A stretch of 64,000 nucleotides of DNA. Origin: Candidatus Undinarchaeota archaeon. GTDB lineage: Archaea; SpSt-1190; JASMDC01. Location of the stretch: assembly GCA_964519305.1 (NCBI GenBank), contig CAZFHY010000003.1:34111-98110 (forward strand). Reading direction: 5' to 3'. Position 1 is the first letter of the stretch; every line of letters starts with the position of its first letter. The translations under genes and the position numbers were made by a program. The notes under the pieces were generated by a model, which ran no database searches, had not been told where the DNA came from, and saw only the letters and a list, made by a program, of their open reading frames with translations. Below, in pieces: positions 40,548 through 49,561 of this stretch.

Positions 40548-41162
40548 CTATTTTCGCCACGAGGGGGGATTGATCATACCGATTGCCCTGCGTGAAGTGG
40601 AGCCACTGGCAGCGCCGTCATAGGCGAACTCCTCCATCTCGGCGATATCGATCACGAGGAAGGTCTCGGTACCAGCGATCATCCGTGCGGTCCGCATGCG
40701 GTTGATCATGGACCTAAGGTCGCCGAGGTTCCCCACATAGATCTCCATGAGAGCATTGTACATACCTGTCGTGCCATAGATACGCTTCACGTTACCATCC
40801 TCGGCGAAGGATGCCATGGCGTTCCCGGGTTTCCCGCGGCCGACTATGACACCGATGAACGCAATGATGTTCTTACAGAGCGTATCGCCCTTCTCATCTT
40901 CAGTGAGCTTGCGGTGGGTGATAGTCGGTTCCTTTATTGGATGCATGCAGATGCACATATCCGACTTGATGATGAAATCATACTCGCTGATCTTATCCAG
41001 GACACGAAGGAGCTCCTCAGCGGTTGGGACTTCCAGTTCAGCTATGAAATCGTACTTACCGGTGACTGTGTAGACGTTATCGACATACTCGGTCTCATCC
41101 AATCGTCCCAGTATTTCCTCCTCTGACAGCGGTCGGGTTGTGAGGAACATGAAGCCCTTCAT
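40548..41162 (-). CDS. Tandem Lrp/AsnC ligand-binding (RAM) domain protein without HTH
   Basis: Two repeats: VYTVTGKYDFIAEL and IYGTTGMYNALMEI..TETFLV. Confidence 0.85.
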   Translation of the reverse strand: MKGFMFLTTRPLSEEEILGRLDETEYVDNVYTVTGKYDFIAELEVPTAEELLRVLDKISEYDFIIKSDMCICMHPIKEPTITHRKLTEDEKGDTLCKNIIAFIGVIVGRGKPGNAMASFAEDGNVKRIYGTTGMYNALMEIYVGNLGDLRSMINRMRTARMIAGTETFLVIDIAEMEEFAYDGAASGSTSRRAIGMINPPSWRK

Positions 41163-41254
41163 ACATAGCTCATTCCACAGAACCTATAAAAACCTACTGC
41201 GGAGGGCGCGGGCCACGTTATAATCACTGTATGGTAACAAAAGTGTAGGACTAT

Positions 41255-41270
41255 AATAAAGTTTATTAAG
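41255..41270 (+). promoter_or_regulatory. Putative BRE/TATA promoter for the small ORF
   Basis: AATAAAG-TTTATTAA, ~42 nt upstream of ATG 41311; AATAAA/TTTATT also forms an inverted repeat. Confidence 0.5.
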
Positions 41271-41310
41271 GTCGGCTGATACAAGGAATCCAGTCCGGGG
41301 GGACGTGACA

Positions 41311-41400
41311 ATGAAGAGACGAATTGAACGATTCTTCAACCATGCCGCAGGGGCAACGCTCCTTCTGAGCGTGTTCTATCAATTCTGTACGGTTCTGTAA
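41311..41400 (+). CDS. Putative 29-aa small protein MKRRIERFFNHAAGATLLLSVFYQFCTVL
   Basis: Below the ORF-track cutoff. It has a TATA box, a G-rich RBS-like GGGGGGACGTGA, and a hairpin plus T-tract directly after the TAA. Confidence 0.55.
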   Translation: MKRRIERFFNHAAGATLLLSVFYQFCTVL

Positions 41401-41408
41401 GGGTTCAC

Positions 41409-41434
41409 GGGTCCGGCATCGCCGGGCCCTTTTC
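41409..41434 (+). terminator. Hairpin plus T-tract terminator after the small ORF
   Basis: GGGTCCGGC-ATC-GCCGGGCCC (9 bp with one G-U pair) followed by TTTTC. Confidence 0.6.
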
Positions 41435-41465
41435 TATAAAACGCATTTCAAAAAGGGTCGGTCCT

Positions 41466-42665
41466 CTATCCCCAATGAGGTGGCGAGGAGTCCTGTGGTT
41501 CGAACACCCACTTGAGGAGAACAGCAGCAACGAGAGATGTAGTGATTGTCATAATGACCGTGATGGAGAAGATCTCACGGGATATCACAGGGGGAGAGAG
41601 GCGAAGGGCAATACTAGCGATGACCAAGGGGACCTCGGCCCGGGGAACCATACCTACCCCGATTCTAAGAGCGGACATCGAAGACATGCCACTGAGCATG
41701 GCACCAAGGCCACATCCCACTACCTTGCTCACGACGGCGATGACGGTGATAACAAAACCACCAACGAGAATTGAACCCAGGTTGGAGAGATCTACCTCTA
41801 TGCCGAGCATCACGAAGAATATCGGGACGAAGAAGTTATAGACCGGTTCGATCCGCTCTCTGATACGATCAGCTCGAGGGCTCTCGGCAAGAAGGATGCC
41901 TGCAATGAGGGCGCCTGCTATGGCTGCGAGACCGGCCATCTCGGCCAGTACGCCCATGAAGAAGGCAAGAGAGAGGCCGATAAGGAGTGCGGACTCTCGT
42001 GTTACCATGTCCAATGTGGCGACCATGAGGACAGGCACGACGAGCCTGCCGATCCAGATAGATCCGAAAAGAAAGATCAGGATGCGGAATATTACAGGGA
42101 GAAGTCCGATGACCATCGTTGTTCCGGATGCTAACCAGCTCACAACGAGGGAGAACACGAGGAGTGCTAGTACATCATCCACGACCGCTGATTCCAGGAT
42201 GAGTGTAGCTTCTGGCATGTCGATTGTCTCCATATCGGCAAGTATCCGAGCGGAGATACCGATGGACGAGGCTGTAAGGATGACGCCCAGAACGATGTTT
42301 CTCCGCATATCACCGGCAGGTATCCCGATGCCTGTCCATCCCCAAAGATATCCGATGAAGAACGTAAGGATGACGCCTGTAAGGGAAATGATGATAGCTT
42401 TCCTTCCGTACTCGACGAGCTTGCGCATGTTCACGTCAAGGCCGATACGGAAGAGCAGGATGACCAGCGCGACGTTAGCTATCTCTTCAAGGAAGGGTGT
42501 CGAAGTGATCCCTGCGCCGAAGTAACCATATATGTTCGGCCCGATAACCAATCCGCCAACGATCTCACCGAAAACTGATGGTAGACCTGCCCTCTGGGCG
42601 AACTCGCCGAACATCTTGGCCATGAAGATGATGACAGCGAGGTCAAAGAGGGGTTCGACTGCCAT
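41466..42665 (-). CDS. Cation:proton antiporter (CPA2/NapA-Kef family)
   Basis: LPSVFGEIVGGLVIGP, LLFRIGLD, TASSIGI, SAVVDDV, FFVPIFFV, GMVPRAEV. Confidence 0.92.
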   Translation of the reverse strand: MAVEPLFDLAVIIFMAKMFGEFAQRAGLPSVFGEIVGGLVIGPNIYGYFGAGITSTPFLEEIANVALVILLFRIGLDVNMRKLVEYGRKAIIISLTGVILTFFIGYLWGWTGIGIPAGDMRRNIVLGVILTASSIGISARILADMETIDMPEATLILESAVVDDVLALLVFSLVVSWLASGTTMVIGLLPVIFRILIFLFGSIWIGRLVVPVLMVATLDMVTRESALLIGLSLAFFMGVLAEMAGLAAIAGALIAGILLAESPRADRIRERIEPVYNFFVPIFFVMLGIEVDLSNLGSILVGGFVITVIAVVSKVVGCGLGAMLSGMSSMSALRIGVGMVPRAEVPLVIASIALRLSPPVISREIFSITVIMTITTSLVAAVLLKWVFEPQDSSPPHWG

Positions 42666-42742
42666 CGGTCGAATCAGGTGTCTTTATCTTTATAATGTTG
42701 TGGGGGCGTTGCCCATTTGCCCGGGTCTTTCTGAAAGAGATA

Positions 42743-42768
42743 TCAGGGGGCCTCAAAAGACCCCCTGA
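42743..42768 (-). terminator. Hairpin downstream of the PadR-like gene
   Basis: TCAGGGGG / CCCCCTGA 8-bp inverted repeat just past the stop codon at 42781. Confidence 0.5.
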
Positions 42769-42780
42769 ACAGTCTGCAAC

Positions 42781-43107
42781 TTACTGCCGCTTCTTCGGTC
42801 GTCCACGCTTGGGCGTCACGAGATTAAAGAGCTTAAGATACTCCTTAACGAAGTCCTTGCCGGAGTCCGTGATCTCAAGGCTGAAGGAGCGAACTCGCTT
42901 GCCTTTGGTCTTCTTTAGGTGACCTCTCTCGACGAGGGACTTGACGGAATTATAATAGCTGCCTGCATCGAGCTTGATCCCCTTATCTCGGATGTTGATC
43001 AGGGTCCGATAAGGTGTCGCGCCAGCGTTCTTGCCAACCTCGGACAGGATGATGTATTTGAGGTTGCCAGTAAGGAATAGTTTCTTCACATACCCTTTCA
43101 TATCCAT
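42781..43107 (-). CDS. PadR-like winged-helix transcriptional regulator
   Basis: GNLKYIILS, AGSYYNSVKSLVERGHL, EITDSGK; basic C-terminal KRGRPKK (AT-hook-like). Confidence 0.75.
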   Translation of the reverse strand: MDMKGYVKKLFLTGNLKYIILSEVGKNAGATPYRTLINIRDKGIKLDAGSYYNSVKSLVERGHLKKTKGKRVRSFSLEITDSGKDFVKEYLKLFNLVTPKRGRPKKRQ

Positions 43108-43324
43108 TCTATCGACCGCCGAATTATTTAGACCTACAATTTAAAAAACTATTCCCAAAACACCCTTTTCGATATAAAAGTCTTTTAATCCAACTTTTTA
43201 TGTCGTAATAGGCTTGCGTAACACGATTTACTAGTGTCTTTTAGTATATAGGTGTTAAAAAAACAAAAAAATATTTTCGTAATTATCACTTTTTCAGGCC
43301 TATTGAAAGCGTGCGTGTGGAGCT

Positions 43325-43340
43325 CCAAAGGTTTATATTT
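43325..43340 (+). promoter_or_regulatory. Putative TATA box of hel308 (leaderless)
   Basis: CCAAAGG-TTTATATT about 22-30 nt before GTG 43361. Confidence 0.5.
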
Positions 43341-43360
43341 CGCACCAAGGCACAGGTCCT

Positions 43361-45598
43361 GTGCGGCCCCGGACGATTGCGAAACGGTATCCACACATCG
43401 CCGAGGTCGTGAAAAGCGCCACTAAGCATGATGGCGTCGCAACTCTCTTTCCACCACAGAAGGAGGCGATAAATGCAGGTCTGCTGGATGGTGGATCGTT
43501 CCTTCTCGTGTTCGGTACAGGAAGTGGCAAGACCCTCATGGGTGAACTGTTCGCACTGGACGCAGTAATCCGCGAGAAGCATATGGCTGTCTTCGTTGTC
43601 CCTCTCAAGGCGCTGGCATCAGAGAAATATGCGGATTTCACGGCCAAGTACGGTCCTCTCGGGATTCAGGTCGGGATGGCGACAGGGGATCTTGACTCCG
43701 CAGAGCGACGGATGAGTAGCAGGGATATTATCATCTGTACCCCCGAGAAACTGGAGAGCATGATCCGCCACAAGGCATCCTGGCTCTCCCGCGTGGGTGC
43801 GCTCGTGGTCGATGAGGTCCACGAGCTCGACTCCTCGGACCGTGGTCCCACACTTGAGGTCGTGATCACCCGACTCCGGTCCATGAACTCGAACATGCGG
43901 GTCCTGGGTCTCTCTGCTACAGTAGGTAACGCCGACGAGGTCGCACGGTGGCTCGACGCGACGCTCGTGAAGAGCGACTGGCGTCCTGTACCACTCGACG
44001 AGGGGATATGGGCGGAGGGCACAATCCGGTTCGCCAGTGGGCGTACATCCAACGTAGGGACCGACCGATACCCTGAGATACCGATCCTCCGTGATACGCT
44101 CAGGCAGAAAAAGCAGTTGCTGGTGTTCGCCGCGTCCAAGCGGAGTGCCGAGGCAGTGGCCAAGCGCTGTAGACCTGTGGCGACACGCTGCTTATCTGCA
44201 GACGAGCGTGATTCCTTAGAAAAGGTGTCCTCCGAAATACTCAACGCCCTTTCACGCCCCACCAAGCAGTGCAGGGCACTTGCCGAGCTTGTTGCACACG
44301 GTACTGCTTTCCATCATGCAGGGCTCATGTACAAACAGCGGGCCGCGATTGAGAACGCCTTCCGTGCAGGGCTGATCAAGATAGTCGCTTCTACACCAAC
44401 CCTGGCGGCAGGTGTCAATCTACCTTCGTTCAGGGTAGTGATAAAGGGGCATAAGATGTTCAAACGAGGTTCGGGTTCACAACCTATATCCGTTATCAGG
44501 TACCGCCAGCAAGCGGGCCGAGCGGGTCGGATCGCATACGACGAGCAGGGGGAGTCGGTGCTCATGGCCGCGAATACCCAAGAGCTCAAGGAGCTCTGGA
44601 CCAGGTACATCGAAGGCGAGGTAGAACCAGTCACATCAAAGCTATCGGTGCGACCTGTCCTGCGGATGCACATCCTGGGCCTTGTGGCGACATCGAACGG
44701 TCTTACCGTCCAGGACCTTGAACGGTTCTTCATACGGACCTTCTACGCTACCCAGTACGGCGATGTGGAAGCTCTAATGGGAGTGGTCGAAGGCGTGGTG
44801 TCGGACCTTGTGGACATGGAATTCGTGACATGGAAATCAGGTATCCTGAACGCAACCCGCCTTGGTAGTCGGGTAGCGGAGCTCTATGTGGACCCACAGA
44901 CCGCCTATTCCCTTATCGACTTCCTTCGACGTTTCGAAGAGCGGGACGCGAAGGATATCTCATATCTAGCAAAGCTGTGCGAGGCCACGGAGATGCGTCC
45001 ATTGCTCAACGGGCGGAATGCTGAGACGGAGGCTCTATTGGATGAACATGAACAATATCTTGATGCACCTGAGGCATTCACATACCTGTACGAACGATAC
45101 CTGGACGTTTTCAGGACAGCTCTACTCCTCAAGGATTGGATCAATGAAATGAGCGAGGATATCCTCATGGAGAGATATGGTGTGGCCCCTGGTGACCTGA
45201 ACTATAAACGGGACCGGGCCGAGTGGCTGATGTACGCCTGTAGCGAGATCGCCCGCATCATAGAGCTGAAGAGAGGCTCCCGCGACTGTCGGAAACTCCT
45301 TGTTCGGATCAAGTTCGGTGTCGGAAAAGAGCTCCTTCCACTTGTCAAGCTGAGGAACGTGGGCAGGGTCCGCGCACGGCGACTCTTCTCCATCGGTATC
45401 AGGAGCTTGGCTGATGTACGACGAGCAGATCCCCGAACACTCGCAAGGGCGGTCGGTCCTGGAATCGCGAGATCCATCCTGGAGCAGGTGGGACGAAGTG
45501 GGGATGCAGGCCCGGGGCTCGAGCGAGTGAAGATGCAGAAGGACCAGGATGATCCCGCCAGCGGTAAGGGTGCGAAGACGCTGTTGGACTTCCTGTAA
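43361..45598 (+). CDS. hel308: Hel308/Hjm Ski2-like DEAD/H DNA helicase
   Basis: Q motif LFPPQ, GTGSGKT, VPLKALASEKY, DEVH, GLSAT, WRPVPL, FHHAGL, TPTLAAGVNLP, GRAGR, HhH VGRVRARRL; PIP-like C-terminus KTLLDFL. Confidence 0.94.
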   Translation: MRPRTIAKRYPHIAEVVKSATKHDGVATLFPPQKEAINAGLLDGGSFLLVFGTGSGKTLMGELFALDAVIREKHMAVFVVPLKALASEKYADFTAKYGPLGIQVGMATGDLDSAERRMSSRDIIICTPEKLESMIRHKASWLSRVGALVVDEVHELDSSDRGPTLEVVITRLRSMNSNMRVLGLSATVGNADEVARWLDATLVKSDWRPVPLDEGIWAEGTIRFASGRTSNVGTDRYPEIPILRDTLRQKKQLLVFAASKRSAEAVAKRCRPVATRCLSADERDSLEKVSSEILNALSRPTKQCRALAELVAHGTAFHHAGLMYKQRAAIENAFRAGLIKIVASTPTLAAGVNLPSFRVVIKGHKMFKRGSGSQPISVIRYRQQAGRAGRIAYDEQGESVLMAANTQELKELWTRYIEGEVEPVTSKLSVRPVLRMHILGLVATSNGLTVQDLERFFIRTFYATQYGDVEALMGVVEGVVSDLVDMEFVTWKSGILNATRLGSRVAELYVDPQTAYSLIDFLRRFEERDAKDISYLAKLCEATEMRPLLNGRNAETEALLDEHEQYLDAPEAFTYLYERYLDVFRTALLLKDWINEMSEDILMERYGVAPGDLNYKRDRAEWLMYACSEIARIIELKRGSRDCRKLLVRIKFGVGKELLPLVKLRNVGRVRARRLFSIGIRSLADVRRADPRTLARAVGPGIARSILEQVGRSGDAGPGLERVKMQKDQDDPASGKGAKTLLDFL

Positions 45599-45644
45599 AC
45601 CAGTGCAGTCCTGGACGACATCCATATAAATCTGAACTCGTTCT

Positions 45645-46367
45645 ATGCGGACGGGAATGACCGACATGGAAGCACAAAAGCCCGCCATGAAGGATGAACA
45701 AAGGCTCCTCTGCGTGGAGGGCCTCATCGGGGTGGGGAAGACCCCGTACATCGAGGCGCTCGGGAAGCGGCTCGAGTTCTATGCAATTCCCGAACCGGTG
45801 CTCGAATGGCGCCGGGCCATCGATTCACAATCACTTCTGGAGAACCTCTACAAGGATTATTCTCGGTGGTCCTATACATTCCAGGTCAACTCCTTGCTCA
45901 CAAGGGCCCAGGCCCTGGAGGAGGAAGCGAAGATGAGCCGTGGACGGGACCTAGTAATGGAACGGTCTCTGATTTCCGACCGGGAGTGCTTCGGGCGCAT
46001 GTGTTTCGACACCGGACGGATGTCGCCCCTCGAATGGTACTGGTACTCCCGCTACTACGAGTACATGACCCATGGCACCAAACATCCTGACGGGTTCATC
46101 TATCTTCGGATCGAGCCTACGACCGCCCTGAAGCGCATCGGGGACCGTGCACGTGCAGAGGAGACCGGTCTCACCTTGGACTACCTCCAGGACCTACACA
46201 GGAGGTACGAAGCGTTGTTCGGTGGTGGTGAGGTGGTCACGGACCAGGGTACGATCCCTGTGCTCGTGCTCGATTGTGACGATGACAATGATGCTGCATG
46301 TTTCGACAGGAACGTGGAGGCCATAGTGCCCTTCGTGAAGAACGTCGGTTTCTCTCTATTAGGGTGA
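45645..46367 (+). CDS. Deoxynucleoside kinase (dCK/dGK family)
   Basis: P-loop EGLIGVGKT, EPV..W, RWSYTFQ, ERS..SD, PDGFIYLR, lid RIGDRARAEE, YLQDLH..YE. Exact start uncertain (45645/45657/45666). Confidence 0.92.
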   Translation: MRTGMTDMEAQKPAMKDEQRLLCVEGLIGVGKTPYIEALGKRLEFYAIPEPVLEWRRAIDSQSLLENLYKDYSRWSYTFQVNSLLTRAQALEEEAKMSRGRDLVMERSLISDRECFGRMCFDTGRMSPLEWYWYSRYYEYMTHGTKHPDGFIYLRIEPTTALKRIGDRARAEETGLTLDYLQDLHRRYEALFGGGEVVTDQGTIPVLVLDCDDDNDAACFDRNVEAIVPFVKNVGFSLLG

Positions 46368-46433
46368 GGACGGAAGCGGCGACCACCTCTCACCAACACA
46401 CTTAAAAGCATAACCGCGGCAAAATTTGACCGC

Positions 46434-48842
46434 ATGGCGACGGATGAGAAGAAGCACCGTGTTCCTCACGGACGCGCCTCGCGGCGTGCTGCCCTGAGGG
46501 AACGAGCGCATGAGGGAGCCGCCCCGAAAGTTGAGGCTACTAAGAAGGCCGCACCCAAGAAGGTCGCTCCTAAGAAGGCAGCTCCCAAGAAGACCGCGCC
46601 TAAGAAGGTGGCCCCCAAGAAGGTCGCACTCAAGAAGGTCGCACCCAAGAAGGCCGCACCCAAGAAGGCCGCACCCAAGAAGGCAGCTCCCAAGAAGGCT
46701 GCGCCTAAGAAAGCGATATCTAAGAAGGCAGTTATAGGGGGCGCCCTCGAACGGACCCTTTCCAAGTCCGAGGCTGCGGTCGGTGCTTCAATCAAGGAGC
46801 CCACCGAAGTCATTGATCCGTCCTTAGGGGACTCTATCAACCTTCTCGAGGAGCGTGTTGAGGCCGCTTCGACAATCACCCGTGATATGCAGTCAAGAGA
46901 AGAACCCTGGAAGCTCGCGACCCTCCTGCTCGGCGCCATCCTTGTCCTTATCGCTGGAGCCATCGCTACAGGGAACCTCATGGGCGGAAGCCCTTCATCC
47001 TCTTCACCCTTCACGCAAGAAGAAGTTACTGCCTTTACGACCTATATGCGGAGCAAGGGAGTGCCCGATGCAGATATCACACAAGAGCTCGCACTCGTTG
47101 GTGTGGAAGCGTCGCTCCCTGGTACCGATAGAACCGTTGTACCGAAGGCTACAGTCAAACCCACTAGCCCCACAACCTCGCCAACACCCGCAACTACGGA
47201 CAAACCCGTTGACGAGAAGTGCGAAGCTTTCATCGACCCACCCCGAAACATCGGAGAGGGTTATGAACTGACTCCAAGAACGACAAATGAAGCGTTCTGC
47301 TGTGGTGAAGGTCGCGTCCACATCCTACAGTTCTCCTCGCCATCATGTCCATATTGCGATGCACAGGAGCCTGTCCTAAAAGAGCTCGAGAATGAGCTGG
47401 AAGGCAGGTTGGTAGTAGAAACCCTATGCGTACCCGTTCATGAGGGTGATCGTGAGCTATGTGAGCAGCGATCCGGAAAGGACGCTGTGACCGCGGCCGA
47501 ACGTCTCAAGACCAAGTATGAGCTCACCGGGACTCCGACCCTTATCATCAACTGCAAGTACAAGCGCTCCGGCACCCTTGCTCTGAGCAAGGGCGCTGAG
47601 ATGGAGAAGGAAGAGATAAAGCGCATGGTATGCGCTCTGCTCAAGGACAAACCGGCAGCATGCGCCCCTAAGGAGGTCGTACCTGCACCGCCGGTCGAGA
47701 TCCACGACATGGGCGGACAGTGGTGCGATCCTGCGGGTAAGCTGTCCATAATGGCGTTCTATGATTACAAGTGTCCCTACACGGAGCGTGCACATGCCAC
47801 GCTCAAGGAGGTCCTTCCTGCCTTCGGGGACACCATATCGATCGTTTACAAGAACTTCCCGCTACCATTCCATACAGGGGCTGAAAAGGTCGCCGAGGCC
47901 GCGGCCTGTGTTGCAGACCAAGGGCGGTCCGAGGCGTTCGCCGACTGTGCGTTCAAGGGATACTTCACCGACAACAAGGACACGGCTGCAGAGGAAGAGC
48001 TGGAGGCCTGTGCTGTCGAGGCCGGCGTCGACATCGATACCTACGCCATGTGCCTTGAGACCGGAAGGGGAGCCTCCATCGTCGACGGGGATATGAAGGC
48101 AGCAGCTGGCTACGGTATCCTCGGTACTCCCTCGCTCATCATGGGCTGCACTCATCGTTTCTCCGGGGCCTACCCGGCGGAGTACTTCACCGTCGTGTTT
48201 TGTCATCTCCTGGGGGACGAAGCCAAGGACATAGAAGCATGTGCGAAGGTTTCCACCCAGAACGTCGTTGAGAAGGAAGTGTTCGGACCCTATGAGCTCC
48301 TGCCTGGACGAACCTCGTGTCATGAGGAGGGTAAGGTCAAGCTCGAGATGTTCATCGACTTCATGTGCCCCTATAGCAACCAGGCGTTCAGTACGCTCCA
48401 AGAGCTCCAGAAGGAAATGCCTGACGTCATCGGATTCAACTTCCGGACGTTCCCCTTACCTTTCCATACGAACGCCGAAGTGATAGCTCAAGCAGCTATC
48501 TGCTCCATGCGCCAGGGAGTTGATGTTGAGTTCGCTCAGAAAGCATTCGACGCTTACTTCATTGATAGTAAGGACACAACGGATTCCAGCGTGCTCGATG
48601 ACATCGTAAGGGATCTGGGACTAGACATGGGCGCGTACGCCACGTGTGTAGGTGAGGCCGCTATCGGAGAGGCAATCCAGGCCGAGGTCGACCTCGCAAA
48701 GGAGCTCGCTATCACAGGTACACCGGCGTTCATAGTCGACTGCAACAAGAAGCTGATGGGCGCACTCCCGCGAGAGATGTTCCTCGACGCCTTCTGTCTG
48801 CTCATGGAAGAGGGCGAGCGTCCTGGGGTTTGTAAGGCCTGA
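46434..48842 (+). CDS. Membrane-anchored triple thioredoxin/DsbA-fold protein with an N-terminal histone H1-like KKAAP repeat
   Basis: Cytoplasmic KKxAP repeats, one TM (LATLLLGAILVLIAGAIA), Pro/Thr linker, and three Trx folds with CPYC, CPYT and CPYS and cis-Pro loops GTPTL, GTPSL and GTPAF; FPLPFH appears twice. Confidence 0.88.
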   Translation: MATDEKKHRVPHGRASRRAALRERAHEGAAPKVEATKKAAPKKVAPKKAAPKKTAPKKVAPKKVALKKVAPKKAAPKKAAPKKAAPKKAAPKKAISKKAVIGGALERTLSKSEAAVGASIKEPTEVIDPSLGDSINLLEERVEAASTITRDMQSREEPWKLATLLLGAILVLIAGAIATGNLMGGSPSSSSPFTQEEVTAFTTYMRSKGVPDADITQELALVGVEASLPGTDRTVVPKATVKPTSPTTSPTPATTDKPVDEKCEAFIDPPRNIGEGYELTPRTTNEAFCCGEGRVHILQFSSPSCPYCDAQEPVLKELENELEGRLVVETLCVPVHEGDRELCEQRSGKDAVTAAERLKTKYELTGTPTLIINCKYKRSGTLALSKGAEMEKEEIKRMVCALLKDKPAACAPKEVVPAPPVEIHDMGGQWCDPAGKLSIMAFYDYKCPYTERAHATLKEVLPAFGDTISIVYKNFPLPFHTGAEKVAEAAACVADQGRSEAFADCAFKGYFTDNKDTAAEEELEACAVEAGVDIDTYAMCLETGRGASIVDGDMKAAAGYGILGTPSLIMGCTHRFSGAYPAEYFTVVFCHLLGDEAKDIEACAKVSTQNVVEKEVFGPYELLPGRTSCHEEGKVKLEMFIDFMCPYSNQAFSTLQELQKEMPDVIGFNFRTFPLPFHTNAEVIAQAAICSMRQGVDVEFAQKAFDAYFIDSKDTTDSSVLDDIVRDLGLDMGAYATCVGEAAIGEAIQAEVDLAKELAITGTPAFIVDCNKKLMGALPREMFLDAFCLLMEEGERPGVCKA
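46542..46736 (+). repeat. 15-bp tandem repeat (KKxAP, 11 good and 2 degenerate copies)
   Basis: AAGAAGGCCGCACCC-like units. Confidence 0.9.
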
Positions 48843-48846
48843 GACG

Positions 48847-49509
48847 TCAAGGGTGCTTGAGCTCGTGGGCACGCATCTCAAGGTCGCCCCTACGGATTCG
48901 TAGGAGCCCCTCCACCACGAGGGGCTCACCTTCCACAGGATCCTCGTCTATCGCGAAGACGCGGATAGTCCGGCCCCCATCGTCCACGAGGTCGAAGGAA
49001 GCATAGGGCTTGTCCCAGCGAGTCGTACCTGTGACGACATTCCGTATGGTCCCAGTGAGGCTGAGAGCGGAGCCGTCACGGGAAAGAGCGTCAAAGGCCC
49101 GGTCGGTCAGTTCAGAGATTGGCTCAGCAGCAATGTCAGCACCTTTCTCATCACCCAGGAGCAAGACTGCCTTTCCTTTCCACAAGGCTTCCAGCCGATT
49201 CGCCATGAGAACAAGAGCGCCCGGGAGCCGCGTATCTGCCAGAAGGCGTCCTGTAACACGCACGGTGTCATCGGGTTTTATCGCGCAACCTTCAAGTACA
49301 AGAGCGCGTAGCCCTCCAGTAGCATCAGTGAGCTCGACCGATTGGAAGAGCGCGCCTTTTCTGCTAACTCCGCCTGATACCGTCACTACCGTCCCTTCAA
49401 CGCACACGATGGCACCGATGGGCCCTTTAGCTTCGTCGATAGTAGAAGATATGAATGGACCTTTTACCTTACGTGCCCTGCCCATCGTATGTGTCCTCGC
49501 GTCCCTCAT
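48847..49509 (-). CDS. Tandem OB-fold nucleic-acid-binding protein
   Basis: Two OB-like units: VEGTVVTV..SRKGALFQSVELTDATGGLRALV..VRVTGRL and LTGTIRNV..TRWDKPYASFDLVDDGGRTIRVF..VEGLLRI. Confidence 0.72.
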   Translation of the reverse strand: MRDARTHTMGRARKVKGPFISSTIDEAKGPIGAIVCVEGTVVTVSGGVSRKGALFQSVELTDATGGLRALVLEGCAIKPDDTVRVTGRLLADTRLPGALVLMANRLEALWKGKAVLLLGDEKGADIAAEPISELTDRAFDALSRDGSALSLTGTIRNVVTGTTRWDKPYASFDLVDDGGRTIRVFAIDEDPVEGEPLVVEGLLRIRRGDLEMRAHELKHP

Positions 49510-49561
49510 CAGGGAGGAGTATCATTATAAATCATGTCCGCGCATTATCGGGTAGAGTTAC

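Noticed and set aside
46434-48842. Possible selenocysteine or stop-codon recoding in redox and Cys-rich genes
   Set aside because: The active-site positions are ordinary sense codons (Cys, Thr, Ser), and I saw no gene that needs TGA/TAG readthrough.
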